The notes under the pieces were generated by a model. The model was not told the origin of the DNA and searched no databases. It saw nothing but the letters and a program-made list of their open reading frames with translations. A DNA stretch of 59,201 nt, counting the filler, from Squatina squatina (lineage: Eukaryota): assembly GCA_031763465.1 (NCBI GenBank). It is 3 parts of 3 records of this genome, joined end to end, with 100 filler letters (N's around TTAATTAATTAA, not from the genome) between each part and the next. Parts side by side here need not be neighbours in the genome. Positions count along the whole stretch, not along the records: positions 1 to 21,322 come from JARFOE010000073.1; positions 21,423 to 38,537 come from JARFOE010000080.1; 1 more part is not named here. One strand, 5' to 3'. The translations under genes were made by a program, and so were the position numbers. Shown one piece after another: positions 12,200-25,700 of this stretch (position 1 is the stretch's first letter; each line of letters opens with the position of its first letter).

Positions 12200-12431
12200 A
12201 AAAAAAAATGTTGATGGAGGGATAAATCTTGGCCAGGACACCTGGGATAACTCCCCTGCTCTTGTTGAAAATAGTGCAATGGGATCTTTTCCATCCACCT
12301 GAGAGAGCAGACAGGACCTCGGTTTAACGTCTCATCCAAAAGACGGCATCTCCGACAGTGCAGCACTCCCTCAGTACTACACTGTAAATCAGTCTGGCTT
12401 TGTGCGCTCACATCTGTGGAGTGGGACTTGA
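12200..12431 (-). mobile_element. DeuSINE/SacSINE1-like SINE
   Basis: The reverse complement matches the 3201-3400 element and extends through GATCCCATTGCACTATTTTCAACAAGAGCAGGGGAG...CCTGGCCAAG. Confidence 0.8.
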
Positions 12432-12531
12432 NNNNNNNNNNNNNNNNNNNNNNNNNNNNNNNNNNNNNNNNNNNNNNNNNNNNNNNNNNNNNNNNNNNNN
12501 NNNNNNNNNNNNNNNNNNNNNNNNNNNNNNN

Positions 12532-12745
12532 GAAGAGTTAACCACGAGAGACTGTCTCCTTCCCTGAAGGAGATTAGTGACCAGTTTGTTTTTACAGCAA
12601 TCTGACAGTTTCACAGTCACTTTTACGGATACCAGCTTTTATTTTCAGGCTTTAAAAAAACAATTTAAATTCTCAAAATGCCATGGTGGGATTTGAACAT
12701 TCTCTGGATTATTAGTCCAGTAACATAACCACTACACTACCGTAC
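12532..12745 (-). mobile_element. Second tRNA-headed interspersed repeat (SINE-like)
   Basis: Shares ATTAGTGA.CCAGTT...CCATGGTGGGATTTGAAC...CAGTAACATAACCACT with 28105-28290 and 38640-38925. Confidence 0.7.
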
Positions 12746-12988
12746 ATACCCCCATGATGTTTGTATCACACATACATTTAACCAGTGAGCTATCGGGGCA
12801 GCTCCATACATTACTTCTTTTTGTTAATACTTAAAGGCAACACCAACTCTTTTCCCCATTCCTCATGTGGGGCTGATTCATTGGCACCCTGGCACAGGTA
12901 TGTCAAAGCAGTGGATTTGATTTACCCTTAGTATGGGGAGATGGGGGTCACTGTGCTGGACAGAGAAAAAGAGAGATTAGCCACTGAC

Positions 12989-13248
12989 CGAATAGATTTC
13001 ACAATGCAGCCTCTGCAGAACCTGTGGCCGCAGGGTGTCTGGACGGCCTCCCTTAATGCCATCAGACAGATTGGACACTCGTATTTGTTTTCCAGTGGTG
13101 GGTCAAACTCCACATCGTAGCCCTGCATCTCCTCAAACAGAGTCTGGGAGTACTGCCCATGGTTGCTGCAATCGTCCCTCGTGCTACTGCTCACAGTGCA
13201 GCATGAGCTCTGGAACGTGGAATCGCGGCTGCTGTCGCAGTCCACCAT
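12989..13248 (-). CDS. TRAF6: TRAF6 first coding exon (N-terminus and RING finger); exon starts at 13309
   Basis: [49 protein letters not shown], with donor CG|gtcagt. The internal zinc-finger exons are absent, with a gap at 12432-12531. Confidence 0.97.
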
Positions 13249-13581
13249 GCTCCTAGTAACTGCCAGAAGTGGCCGGCGCTGGCTTCAGTGCGCAGAGCGA
13301 TTCATCATCCTGTTACGGAAAAGCAGATTAGAGAAGATCAGGCACATATAATGGCCACAGCCGCTTCCCTAAAGCCTCCCAGCTGTTAGACTTGGGGTAC
13401 CTGCCAACTATTTCACAAGTAACCAATGTCCACTCAGAACTACGAGAGCGCAAAGCATTCCTGTTCTACCTGCAAGTTAACNNNNNNNNNNNNNNNNNNN
13501 NNNNNNNNNNNNNNNNNNNNNNNNNNNNNNNNNNNNNNNNNNNNNNNNNNNNNNNNNNNNNNNNNNNNNNNNNNNNNNNNN

Positions 13582-14346
13582 GTAACATTTATACCACACA
13601 AGGGCCCAGGTAATGACCATCTCCGTCAACAGTGCATCTAACCACCTTACCATAACATTCAATGGTGTTACCATCGCCAAATTCATTGATTGGATTTTGA
13701 GCGTTGCTGGCAAGGCCACCATTTATTGCGCATCCCTAATTGCTCTTGAGAAGGTGATGGTGAGCCATCTTCTCTAATTGCTGCAGCCTGTGTAGTAAGA
13801 TACTCCCACAATGCTGTTGGGGAAGGATTTTGACCCAGAGACAATGAAGGAACAGCAATATATTTCCAAGTCCGGATGGTGGGGAAATTGGAGATGGTGT
13901 TCCCATGGGCCCACTTTCCTTGTACTTCTAGCTGGTAGAAGAAGTGGGTATGGGAGGTGCTGTCAAAGAATCATTGGTGAGTTGCAGCAGTGCATCCTTT
14001 AGATGGTACACACTGCAGCCACAGTATGCCAATGTTGGGAGACAGTGAATGTTTACGGTGGTGGATGGGACGCTGATCAAGCAGGCTGCTTTGACCTGGA
14101 TGGTGTTGAAATTCTTGTGTGTTGGAGCTGCACTCACCAGGCAAGTGGAGAGTATTCCATCACATTCGCAACTTGTGCATTGTAGATGGTGGAAAAGCTT
14201 TGGGGAGTCGGGACTTGAGTTACTTTCTGCAGAATACCCAGCTTCTGACCTGCTTTTGTAGTCACAGTATTTATGTGGCTCCTCTAGTTAAGTTTCTGGT
14301 CACTGGTGACCTCCAGGATGTTGGGGGATTTGACAATTGTAATGTT
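13582..14346 (-). mobile_element. Non-LTR retrotransposon 3' region (RT C-terminus and 3' UTR)
   Basis: Degenerate MEYSPLAW.SAAPT...TIQ.KAA.LI. Same family as 52400-52912. Confidence 0.75.
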
Positions 14347-16789
14347 NNNNNNNNNNNNNNNNNNNNNNNNNNNNNNNNNNNNNNNNNNNNNNNNNNNNNN
14401 NNNNNNNNNNNNNNNNNNNNNNNNNNNNNNNNNNNNNNNNNNNNNNACTACTTCCTAAACAAACAATATTAGAAAACAATTACATTAAAAAAGTCTGTTG
14501 AGTTTGCTGTTTTCTATCAAACCAACTTGAAAAAAATCTATACAATTTTCCAAAAACTGACCACCACTATCTTACAATAAGCACTGATATTAAATCAGTG
14601 TAATGATACATTTTACACAAATTGCAGCACATTCAAACCGTTCTAGTGTTTGTTTTGCCCTCCTGAATGGATTGATAATATGTGGTGAAACTTCCTGCTT
14701 CATTATCTGCATTAAGTCTGGAAGCATGAGGCAAATAATCTCAAAAACATTTTTGCTAGTTTTGTTTTCCTGTTCCATTTTGTTTGCCTTTCCCCTCCCC
14801 CCTCTGTATATAGAGACAATAATACAAGAGTAAAAGTACTGTGCATATGAGGTAAAGGAGTTTATTTTAAAAAATAAACAATAACCAACGTAAACGGTTA
14901 GTCCCCAACTTTGTTAGGGACTACTCTCCATAAGCCAACAGCACTAACATTTTCCAACCTGTTGGTTGAAGGATAATCTGGTTTAGAAAATGCTGACAGC
15001 GATTCCTACTGCCATTTGTGACCCTTCATAACTAAATTCTAACACAGCCAATCTGTTTTTTTGCTGGGGAGGGAAGGAGGCATTACAGTCTGTGACGTAA
15101 ACAAAATGTAGACTCTCAGTTTATCTTGATTGTTTTTTNNNNNNNNNNNNNNNNNNNNNNNNNNNNNNNNNNNNNNNNNNNNNNNNNNNNNNNNNNNNNN
15201 NNNNNNNNNNNNNNNNNNNNNNNNNNNNNNNNNNNNNNNNNNNNNNNNNNNNNNNNNNNNNNNNNNNNNNNNNNNNNNNNNNNNNNNNNNNNNNNNNNNN
15301 NNNNNNNNNNNNNNNNNNNNNNNNNNNNNNNNNNNNNNNNNNNNNNNNNNNNNNNNNNNNNNNNNNNNNNNNNNNNNNNNNNNNNNNNNNNNNNNNNNNN
15401 NNNNNNNNNNNNNNNNNNNNNNNNNNNNNNNNNNNNNNNNNNNNNNNNNNNNNNNNNNNNNNNNNNNNNNNNNNNNNNNNNNNNNNNNNNNNNNNNNNNN
15501 NNNNNNNNNNNNNNNNNNNNNNNNNNNNNNNNNNNNNNNNNNNNNNNNNNNNNNNNNNNNNNNNNNNNNNNNNNNNNNNNNNNNNNNNNNNNNNNNNNNN
15601 NNNNNNNNNNNNNNNNNNNNNNNNNNNNNNNNNNNNNNNNNNNNNNNNNNNNNNNNNNNNNNNNNNNNNNNNNNNNNNNNNNNNNNNNNNNNNNNNNNNN
15701 NNNNNNNNNNNNNNNNNNNNNNNNNNNNNNNNNNNNNNNNNNNNNNNNNNNNNNNNNNNNNNNNNNNNNNNNNNNNNNNNNNNNNNNNNNNNNNNNNNNN
15801 NNNNNNNNNNNNNNNNNNNNNNNNNNNNNNNNNNNNNNNNNNNNNNNNNNNNNNNNNNNNNNNNNNNNNNNNNNNNNNNNNNNNNNNNNNNNNNNNNNNN
15901 NNNNNNNNNNNNNNNNNNNNNNNNNNNNNNNNNNNNNNNNNNNNNNNNNNNNNNNNNNNNNNNNNNNNNNNNNNNNNNNNTGAAGAATTAACAGCAGCAG
16001 AAATATGAACAGCAGTAGCCTGTTAACCCCAGATGGGCTGTTTGGATCTCTGAAATGCACAGGAGAGCTTGCCTCACTTGTATTGACCTAAACGGTTATT
16101 AGCGCAGTCATCCAGACAAATTCTCTTTCCAGCAGGATCGTCACCTTTGAGCATAAAATGCCCCAACAAAAATTTTGACAAGCTAACAAGACAGAGGATA
16201 AAAGAAACAAAATGGAAAAATGGTGAAAATTATGACCTCAAATGGCGCGTATTAACCAAACCAAACCATTTAATTTAGTGGGTCACAACACTTTCAGGAG
16301 GACTACAACATTTAAGATGAATAGATTCTGAAAACTGCAAGGGTAATTTTGAAAGCACTTTCCTTTCTTTCAAACAAATTGGAAGGCTTTCTATTTTGTC
16401 TGTTTTGGAGTACGGGCTGTTTCAGGCAGCAGGAATCGGCAGCACAAGGTCAACAGACAGCCTATTTAACGGTTTCGTCCGATTAGTCACAATCTGTCAA
16501 AACAGGGGGAAAAATACCTGCGATGGCAAATTAATTTAAATTGGAAAAAAAAAGCCGAGTATGTGCAAAATATTATAACGTACCATAGTACCTTTTGAGA
16601 AAGCTTCTGGTTTCCTCTTTCTCTCATATCTGTTTACTGTAAAGAGATTAATACTGATGCTGGTTTCATCTCAGTTCCAGTGTACAGAACATCATTGATT
16701 GCTGCCACTTACTCGCTTTCTTTTCTTGTTTAAAAAGATAAGACCATCAGCAAATACAGAGCAGGAAATGTGACAAGATACCTGGAGCA

Positions 16790-17017
16790 CTGTGACAAAG
16801 TGGGCAGTCACATCCCTTAACGTAAATACTTCAAATTTGGCCCATGGTCAGGGACAGGAGGGTGTAACTGCGAGTGAGGCAGGTATGGGGATCCAGGAGG
16901 TAGTATTGGAGGAGACTCAGCCCTTGCGCTTGTGCCACAGTTACAAGGTTCTTCCAACCTGTGTGGAGGAGAGGAGGGATTGCAGGGAGGATGAGCAAAG
17001 TGACCACACGGTGGTAC
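16790..17017 (+). mobile_element. CR1 ORF1 fragment
   Basis: Similar in layout to the ORF1 segment at 31300-31560 (QEVVLEETQPLRLCHSYKVL..., ending in CCACACGGTGG). Confidence 0.5.
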
Positions 17018-20000
17018 NNNNNNNNNNNNNNNNNNNNNNNNNNNNNNNNNNNNNNNNNNNNNNNNNNNNNNNNNNNNNNNNNNNNNNNNNNNNNNNNNNN
17101 NNNNNNNNNNNNNNNNNNNNNNNNNNNNNNNNNNNNNNNNNNNNNNNNNNNNNNNNNNNNNNNNNNNNNNNNNNNNNNNNNNNNNNNNNNNNNNNNNNNN
17201 NNNNNNNNNAACATCGGATTTTAAAACCTTTTCTACCAGTAAATGATCACTGTAATGTACAGCCTGTAAGATTTTATATGCTCATTTGAAAATCCTATGA
17301 ATTATTATTTTTGGCTACAGGAATATTAGTAACACAGTTGACACCAGTTAACTGGAACATAGTAGCTGGAGTTCTTTTTCCTGGCAGAGAACATCTTCTC
17401 TGATGCTAGACATCTTATTAAAATCAGTACCAAGGGGTTTCACCAAATAAGGTTTGGATAAGTTATCGCTTTATTTCCAACTGAATGAACAAGTTAATAA
17501 AATCACCTCTACATAGTAGAGGTGATCCACAGCTGTTGTGGAACGCTTCTCTGTATTACACAAAAAGGCAGGCAAGGAACCATTGGACTCCTCCTCTCAA
17601 CCAAGACGCCATGCTCTACTGCCATGAGATGGTTTGTGGGTCATGTGGCAACCTGACAACTACCATAATTTTGCTAAGAGGGAGGGGAAAGTGTTGTTAT
17701 GAATCAGAGAGAGATTGGGACTGAGGTCTCAAACATGTTGCCACAGTGCTTCTAATGCTAAGACATACCAAACCACTATAGCAGAACTATTCAGGTTGAG
17801 GACCACCTGTGAACTTTAGAAGTAGTTAAATGCCAAGCATAATGCCAATGACTGAATCAATGTCATTGATGCAATGGTTAAATATCGTAACAGAAGCAGA
17901 CTTATCAATGAAACAAACAAAACATAATTACGTAGTTAACACAGTAGGAACTATAATTATCAAATTTATTGTATAAATTGTACCTCCATTCCTGTTTTTA
18001 TAGTTCTTTAAATATTGGGGATTCATATACCAGTGCAACTTGTAGTAACTTGCATTTTCTTTTTTAAAAAAGGAAATCATTTACAATAGGCAAGCATGCA
18101 CACAAGGGAGACACATCAATATGTGCACATGGGTTTTGTGAAGTTTTTTTTAAGGCTATCCCTGCAGTCAATGATAAGAAAAGTCCTGAGCTAGAGAGGA
18201 TTACTGATCCAAGCACGTGCCTAACATAGGATCAAACTCTGTCACAAGGTCATTTGGAGCTAGGGCAATAAAACTGGTCCAAGGTTTTCACTCCATCATG
18301 ACCAGGAGCTGGCAGAAATCAAGTCATTCACCTTGCACTTCATTTCTTGCAGTACTTTTATCCATAACCTCCTGTTTTGGGCATTGATGCATTATTTAGG
18401 CATGGGAGAAATGTTACACATGCTCTGTTCCCCAGTCCATCCCTGCACTATTAGGCTGTTTTAGGTTGCACGTTGTCAAGAAAATTGACTAAAACTCCTG
18501 CCCACAGTGACAAACCAACCCAAGTGTCAGGTAACTACTCTGGAAGCTTAATAAAAGTTGAGCAGCCCACCTGTGCATTCCAACGTACTACACTACAGAG
18601 CGGTAAGAAGTGGAATTATACACTTAATAACCCACACGGGCTTTCACGGGGAGGAGAGCAAGAGAGGAAAGAAGTTTTCACTCCTTATTAACGACATGGG
18701 TTGGGGGGGTGGGGGGGGGAGGNNNNNNNNNNNNNNNNNNNNNNNNNNNNNNNNNNNNNNNNNNNNNNNNNNNNNNNNNNNNNNNNNNNNNNNNNNNNNN
18801 NNNNNNNNNNNNNNNNNNNNNNTTTTCAACAGTGATGGAGAGAACAAGTTGCATGCTTAAGCTCTTTTCAGCAGAAGGTGTTAAGACTGTAAATGGAAAC
18901 GATTTGCAACTGACTTGAGTGACAAGTAAAGGCTTGCCTTTAGGTAAAGGCTGTTCAATCCGTAAAGTACTGAAGTAAATTTATTCTTGGTAATTTTCTC
19001 TTAATATTGACACCTAATGGGAATACTATTGCCTTTTGATGAAAGGAAATTAGATTTATTGAATCGTTGTGTATCAACAGCACTGTCCAACTTGTGTCAG
19101 GGAATGCACATGACAAATGGATGACCATGGTAGAGAACAAAACAATTTTCCTCTTTGAGCTGGGTGGTGTTACCAGACATTCTCAGGTCAGCTGTAGCAG
19201 ATTAAGATGCAGTTTGAGATGCCAACAACATGCCTTAATCACAACCATAGAAACACAACACTTTCCTATACTGGTGCATTATTTCCTTTACTGCATACCA
19301 CCTATTCATGGACCTTCAGAAAGAATTGGCAATATAGTGCTTGTGAGTTCTAAGTTATAGCTAGTTTCGTGCCATATTACATCCAGTGAGTAATAGACTG
19401 AGACTGTCCAAACTTAACAGCTGCCTGACAGAACTGACCAACATTCTCCCTGTGTTCTAGATTTACAGATTCCAGAGATGAAAGAACGTTCAGTTTCTGT
19501 CAGTACTGCCTGAAGTATTTAAGTTGCTACACTATTTAAGCCAGGAATGATAAATTAATCATTGTAATCCCCACTAATCAGAGAACAGCCAAACATGGTA
19601 GTTTGTCTGGTACTGTCACTACTAATTTTATCAACTTATCATCTTGAATTATATATCTATGTGTATACCCTGGAGTGTTTGAGACATTGTGTGACATGAA
19701 CAAAAAATTTAAAAAAAAATCAGGGATGAGAATGCAGTTTTAGTTTTGGNNNNNNNNNNNNNNNNNNNNNNNNNNNNNNNNNNNNNNNNNNNNNNNNNNN
19801 NNNNNNNNNNNNNNNNNNNNNNNNNNNNNNNNNNNNNNNNNNNNNNNNNNNNNNNNNNNNNNNNNNNNNNNNNNNNNNNNNNNNNNNNNNNNNNNNNNNN
19901 NNNNNNNNNNNNNNNNNNNNNNNNNNNNNNNNNNNNNNNNNNNNNNNNNNNNNNNNNNNNNNNNNNNNNNNNNNNNNNNNNNNNNNNNNNNNNNNNNNNN

Positions 20001-21322
20001 NNNNNNNNNNNNNNNNNNNNNNNNNNNNNNNNNNNNNNNNNNNNNNNNNNNNNNNNNNNNNNNNNNNNNNNNNNNNNNNNNNNNNNNNNNNNNNNNNNNN
20101 NNNNNNNNNNNNNNNNNNNNNNNNNNNNNNNNNNNNNNNNNNNNNNNNNNNNNNNNNNNNNNNNNNNNNNNNNNNNNNNNNNNNNNNNNNNNNNNNNNNN
20201 NNNNNNNNNNNNNNNNNNNNNNNNNNNNNNNNNNNNNNNNNNNNNNNNNNNNNNNNNNNNNNNNNNNNNNNNNNNNNNNNNNNNNNNNNNNNNNNNNNNN
20301 NNNNNNNNNNNNNNNNNNNNNNNNNNNNNNNNNNNNNNNNNNNNNNNNNNNNNNNNNNNNNNNNNNNNNNNNNNNNNNNNNNNNNNNNNNNNNNNNNNNN
20401 NNNNNNNNNNNNNNNNNNNNNNNNNNNNNNNNNNNNNNNNNNNNNNNNNNNNNNNNNNNNNNNNNNNNNNNNNNNNNNNNNNNNNNNNNNNNNNNNNNNN
20501 NNNNNNNNNNNCTGTCTCCTAAGATATCTTGTACAACACAATGTTCACTGCTGTATCTTGAAAAAAAGTCTGATGAAGAACTAAATAATAATTAAATGAA
20601 TGAATGAACGAACAAATGAATAAATAAATATAAAACCAGTTGTGATTAGGTTGCACTGTGGACAGGCAGTTAAAACAGAATTGGAAGTTACCCTCCAAAT
20701 GAGTCAATTGGTCTTTTTGCTTTATATGCCATTCTGAACAGATCTTTAGAGTTCTACTGCAGACCTGCACCAACTTTGCCAAACAGTACTTTCCAGTCCA
20801 AGCTGCCTTTACTTTCAAATCCTAATCACCTTTGAAATAAAATCTCTCTTCAGGTTCAGTGCTTAAAGAGAGCCTGACACACATTTTAAACAAATATAAA
20901 TGCACTCACAGACAAAGTTGTATTTTTTGTGATGTTTTCAATGTCGTTTGTCTCATCTTGTATCTTGTTGACAGGGCCCCTTTGTAAAGTAGCCCTTGTG
21001 GCTAAATAGGGCAAACCCTAGTTAAAGATGTTTTAAAATAAACAAAAAATTAAAATAAATTTGTAATTGTCCATTCGTGGTATTGCATGTCAACCCACTT
21101 AGAATCTTCCATGAATTGTTACTGGCTTTAATTGTGTGTTGTTCCAATAACTGCTGGTGCATCGATTGTCCTCTGTACAAACATATAGCTGTTCACATAC
21201 TGATTCTCACACAGCAGGTATGAATTAGCATAGATTTTCTGTTGCGCTTCGGGAAGAATCATTCAGTTTTCAATGAGTACACACCAACCTCAAGATTGGA
21301 TTAAGTACTGCAATTGAATTTT

Positions 21323-21422
21323 NNNNNNNNNNNNNNNNNNNNNNNNNNNNNNNNNNNNNNNNNNNNTTAATTAATTAANNNNNNNNNNNNNNNNNNNNNN
21401 NNNNNNNNNNNNNNNNNNNNNN
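21323..21422. other. Artificial scaffold linker N44-TTAATTAATTAA-N44
   Basis: A palindromic 12-mer with stop codons in all six frames, centred in a 100-nt gap. An identical copy is at 38538-38637. Confidence 0.95.
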
Positions 21423-24400
21423 GCCAATATTTATCCCTCAATCAATATCACAAAAGCAGGTCATGATCACATTTCACATTTATCACATCTGGATCTCCTG
21501 AATTGCCCACAGATTCCCACAGTTATAACAATAGCCCCTACCTTTTCTGTTGCACCGTAATTTGGGAGAAAAATGTGGATGACTTGCGGACTGTGCACCA
21601 GAATCAAAGGTTTCAACCGGAAAATCAGAAGTTACTGCAGAGGAAGTTCAAAAGTCAAAACATCTGTATTAACAATGCATATATGGGTGAAGCTGAGGAA
21701 CTTACAGAAGTTGCTGCTGCAAGAACACTGAAATAGCCCAGAAAGGAAATCCTTCACATACTGAAATAAAACCACTTCAATTTAATTCAGTTTCAGAAGG
21801 GGAGACGAATACAACTCCTTCATTCTCTGAAAAAGTTACTACCACCATCTTAGAAGCGGCAAATATGCTTATCATTTCATTAAGTGTTCAAAATGTCTTT
21901 ATCATAATAATATTTCCCAGTGTTGATCCTTCCAACTGAAAATGACCTGTGGTCTAGTATGAAAGAAAACATGATATCAGTACTGGTGACATTTTTTTTG
22001 GTCTGGTGTTGCCATGGCAGATAATGTGTCTTATGTCATTGGCGTGTGTTGGCATCCCAACAGAACAATGTTATCTTTTTACTGCCTATTTTGTGGGGTG
22101 AGGATGGAGAATCAGTGTTACATTGAGAGAATTAGTAGAGGATTAAGTGCATCAGCAAATGTACTTATATTACTTTGAAATGCAGTAATTTGTGTAGGCA
22201 AAACTAGTGACATATTTTATTGCTGTAAGTGGAATTAATTTTGTTATGCTGTTTTCTCTTTTCTACTTTATCTTACGTGTCCATAATTTTTTTTTATTTT
22301 TCCACAGTTTTTATATTCTCGAAAGAAAGCTGGGTACGCATTCGGAAAAATATGCTACAAATTTATGACTATTGTTGGACTGTATAATCGGAAAAAAGGT
22401 TTATAAATCAAATTCAGAAGTTTGCAATACAAAGTGATTTTCCAGACATACCAGGAGTTGAAAATTCCACAGGTCTGAGGTGCAGGACCTGTTTTTTTGA
22501 GAGCGGGCCAAGGAATCGTCTTTGTGCTGAAGTTTCTATTAGCTGCCACTGGAGGCCGCTGTGCTATAAAATGGTTCACTTGGTGTCTCTCTTGGCACAA
22601 AGTCCACTGCAGTAAAGAGTATTTGAAATAGACCCCAGCAAAAAAAAGTTCAATCCTCTGCACCTTTCAAAGGATTCATTGTTCATCCTAATACATGGGT
22701 TTCTTTTTGTAGTGAAAAGAATACCTAGACAAATAGAAATGTTACTTGTAACTATGTTACATAATTGTTTCTTAAATTAAGAGGGTGAAATTCGGCAGTT
22801 TTTAAAACCAGTTTAACGCCTTCTTAAGGTGTTATTGAGGCGTAAGCTCTTCTTTGGGCATTAGAATGCCATTTAGCATCTCCCATGAAATTCGGCCCGA
22901 AATTGCTTTAGGCGTTAAACTTTAGCACCTCCGCGGCGAGACAAGATTTTTTTTTGCAGGCGTTAGGCTCTGGTGGTGTCATCAGTGCGCGCAACACCTC
23001 ATTGGTGCCTTGTTGTGAAATTTCCCAGCCTTAGCGCCTTAAGTGTGCTGACAAAAACAACGCCTGGAAAAGTTGACGCTACACATGAATCACGGCCCGG
23101 TCCGCCATTTTGTTTGATGGCATAAATAGCGGAATGAGCGGCAGCACTACCAGTGGGGGCAGGGGTACTTGTCATGTGCTCCTGCCGCTTCAGGGTTATT
23201 GAAAGCTCACTTACTGAGTATAAGTAGTCATAATAGTTAACCCCTTCAAGNNNNNNNNNNNNNNNNNNNNNNNNNNNNNNNNNNNNNNNNNNNNNNNNNN
23301 NNNNNNNNNNNNNNNNNNNNNNNNNNNNNNNNNNNNNNNNNNNNNNNNNNAAGTAGGGTGGGAGGAGGCTTGTGTGGAGCATGGACCAGTGGACCGAATG
23401 TGCTGTAAATTCTACGTAATTATCTGCAATAGCATAGTACCATATTTGTCCATTCAATCCATTGGAGAATATGACTAATTATATGCAAACTATTTTTATA
23501 ACCAGATGATGTAAATTAATTTCAACATCAACAGAATAATTTACTAGTAGCATAGTCCATAGTGCAATCATAATTATATAAACAATAATCAAGTGATAAA
23601 GACAGTAAAGGGAAGGAACACAAGCAGACTTGGTCTGTTCAAAAATAGCCGAATGTGGCATGATACAGTCACTTTATATTTTGGGCAGTTTCTGCAATTC
23701 TGAATAGTTATTTTGCCTTTAGCAACTCACTCTAGGTTGTGATGTTTTAATCTGATTTTAAATTCCTGTATAACTACTGTGGCTCCTTTCTGAAAATAAT
23801 GTAATTCATAAGATCAAAACTTTTTTGTAAAAAAATGTTTGCATTGGCCTGTGATTATATTTGACTTATAACCCTGAGGTGACATGGTGTTTTCCTCTTC
23901 AGGTGGAATTGTAAGTGATTGCAACTAGCGGGAGAGACTATATAACCACTTAGAATTTTTGTATCTGCCCTCAGATTTATCAGCTTTTTAAAGAAAAAAC
24001 AGTTTTGATCAATTGTAACCAAACTGTGCAAGTTTGTAAACGTCTCAGTGGGTTGCATCACCACAATGATCTTACAACAAGGTTCAGAAAATACAAATGT
24101 GGCAGTGTGAAGCATGTCTATGCGACTAACTGATGAGGAAACCAGTTGGAAGGAAGCCATAGTCCAGCTGCATTGCTACATGTACTGTTTTGTAATATTA
24201 ACCAAAATTATAGTCTGTACTAAAAGCAAAAAACACCGAGTTACGAATGGGAGAAGCACATAAAACTGTATTGATTCAAAAGTTAAAAACATGAACAAAA
24301 GTAAAAGGGTCATAATGCTAGCAGTGCACAACTGTAAAACCTGCNNNNNNNNNNTACCAACCCTGAACATGCTTCAGTTATGCAGGGTGACAGCAACATG

Positions 24401-25324
24401 CAAGGTCCAGAGTTTCTCTTTTACTTCTTCCTGAACTCTAGGTTTAGTCCAGGTGAGGATTAAGCATTGAAAGGTGGCTGCATGTCAGTTTGTGTGCCAT
24501 GGACTAGCAGTGGCGGCTGATGATCTTTTTGGCAGGTGAAGCAGACGCTATACATGCTTAACCAAGCCAGCTTTTCACCATGGCAACCGTTCCATTTGCA
24601 CACACACACTTGCTNNNNNNNNNNNNNNNNNNNNNNNNNNNNNNNNNNNNNNNNNNNNNNNNNNNNNNNNNNNNNNNNNNNNNNNNNNNNNNNNNNNNNN
24701 NNNNNNNNNNNNNNAAAACAATGTTGCTTTGTTTAAGTTCCCAAGCTGAATATAATAAACAGGGGGCCACACAGAAGGTTAGAAAGATGTGGGGCAGCTG
24801 TGGAGATAAGTAGGGAAGGATAAACTCCCTTCAACGTTTCACAAACTGGGCACCAAATGTAGCATTTTTCTACATTCCGGATTGTTTCGAGAATCCCAAA
24901 ACAAAACTGGGAGCCGGGGGGGCGGTGGGCGTTGAGGGGAAAGGAGGGGGGAGAGGAGGGAGGAGGGTAACCCCATATTATTCAATAACGCAGATTTCCA
25001 CTGCCACACTTTGTGTGAATATCTCTACCACATGGAGTGGTTGAGGCGAATAAAACAAGGTGCATTTATGGGTAGGCTCAATAACTACATGCGGGAGAAA
25101 GAAATAGAAGGCTCTGTTTGATGGGGTGAGTTGAAGTAAGGTGGGAGGAGGCTCATGTGGAGTCTTACAGGCATAGACCTTTTGGGCCAAATGAGCTGTT
25201 TCTGTGCTAGAAAATTCGATGTAATTTGACGTAATAATTATATGACCATATAAGTTATAAGGAAATACTTCTCTGCCTCTCTTAAAATGTACACTAGTGT
25301 GAAAGAAGACATTTTTAGTGTGAT

Positions 25325-25700
25325 TCATGACTCCAGGATGTGCAAAGTGCTTCATAGCCTATGAAGTACTTTTGCAGTGTAGTGAAATGATGCAACCAAT
25401 TTGCACACAGCATGGACCCACAAACATCTATGAGATAAATGACCAGATAATTTGTCCTGGGTGTTGGTTGTAGGATAACCATTGTCCAGGACCCTGGGAA
25501 TTCCCCAGTTCGAATAGTGCCAAAGGATTTTACGTCCATTTGAGAGGGCAGAGTGAGTCTTGGTTTAATGTCTCATTTGAAAGACCGTACCATCAGCAGT
25601 GCAGCATTTTCCTGAATACTGCACTGAAGTGTCTACCTGAATTAATTGTTCAAGTCTCAGGAGTGAGGCTTGAACCCATGACCTTCTGAATCAGAGGCCA
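25325..25700 (-). mobile_element. DeuSINE/SacSINE1-like SINE, near full length
   Basis: Contains head (CTTGAACCCATGACCTTCTGA), core (GGATTTTACGTCCATTTGAGAGGGCAG) and tail (AAGTACTTTTGCAGTGTAGTG). Homologous to the other copies. Confidence 0.8.

Noticed and set aside
12094-12988. Apparent loss of the TRAF6 zinc-finger exons
   Set aside because: An assembly gap between two repeats lies in this interval, and the flanking exon phases (2 and 0) are incompatible, so the exons are simply unassembled.
17740-18530. CACAGTG heptamers near the RAG-syntenic region as recombination signal or Transib ends
   Set aside because: No ACAAAAACC-like nonamer lies at 12- or 23-bp spacing, and such heptamers are expected by chance.
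15116-20541. Long ORFs of 250-314 aa in the ORF track
   Set aside because: They consist almost entirely of N-gap translations.
22308-22410. Strong acceptor ttttttatttttccacag followed by short open frames
   Set aside because: No frame matches ARHGAP42 or any protein I recognise, so support is insufficient.
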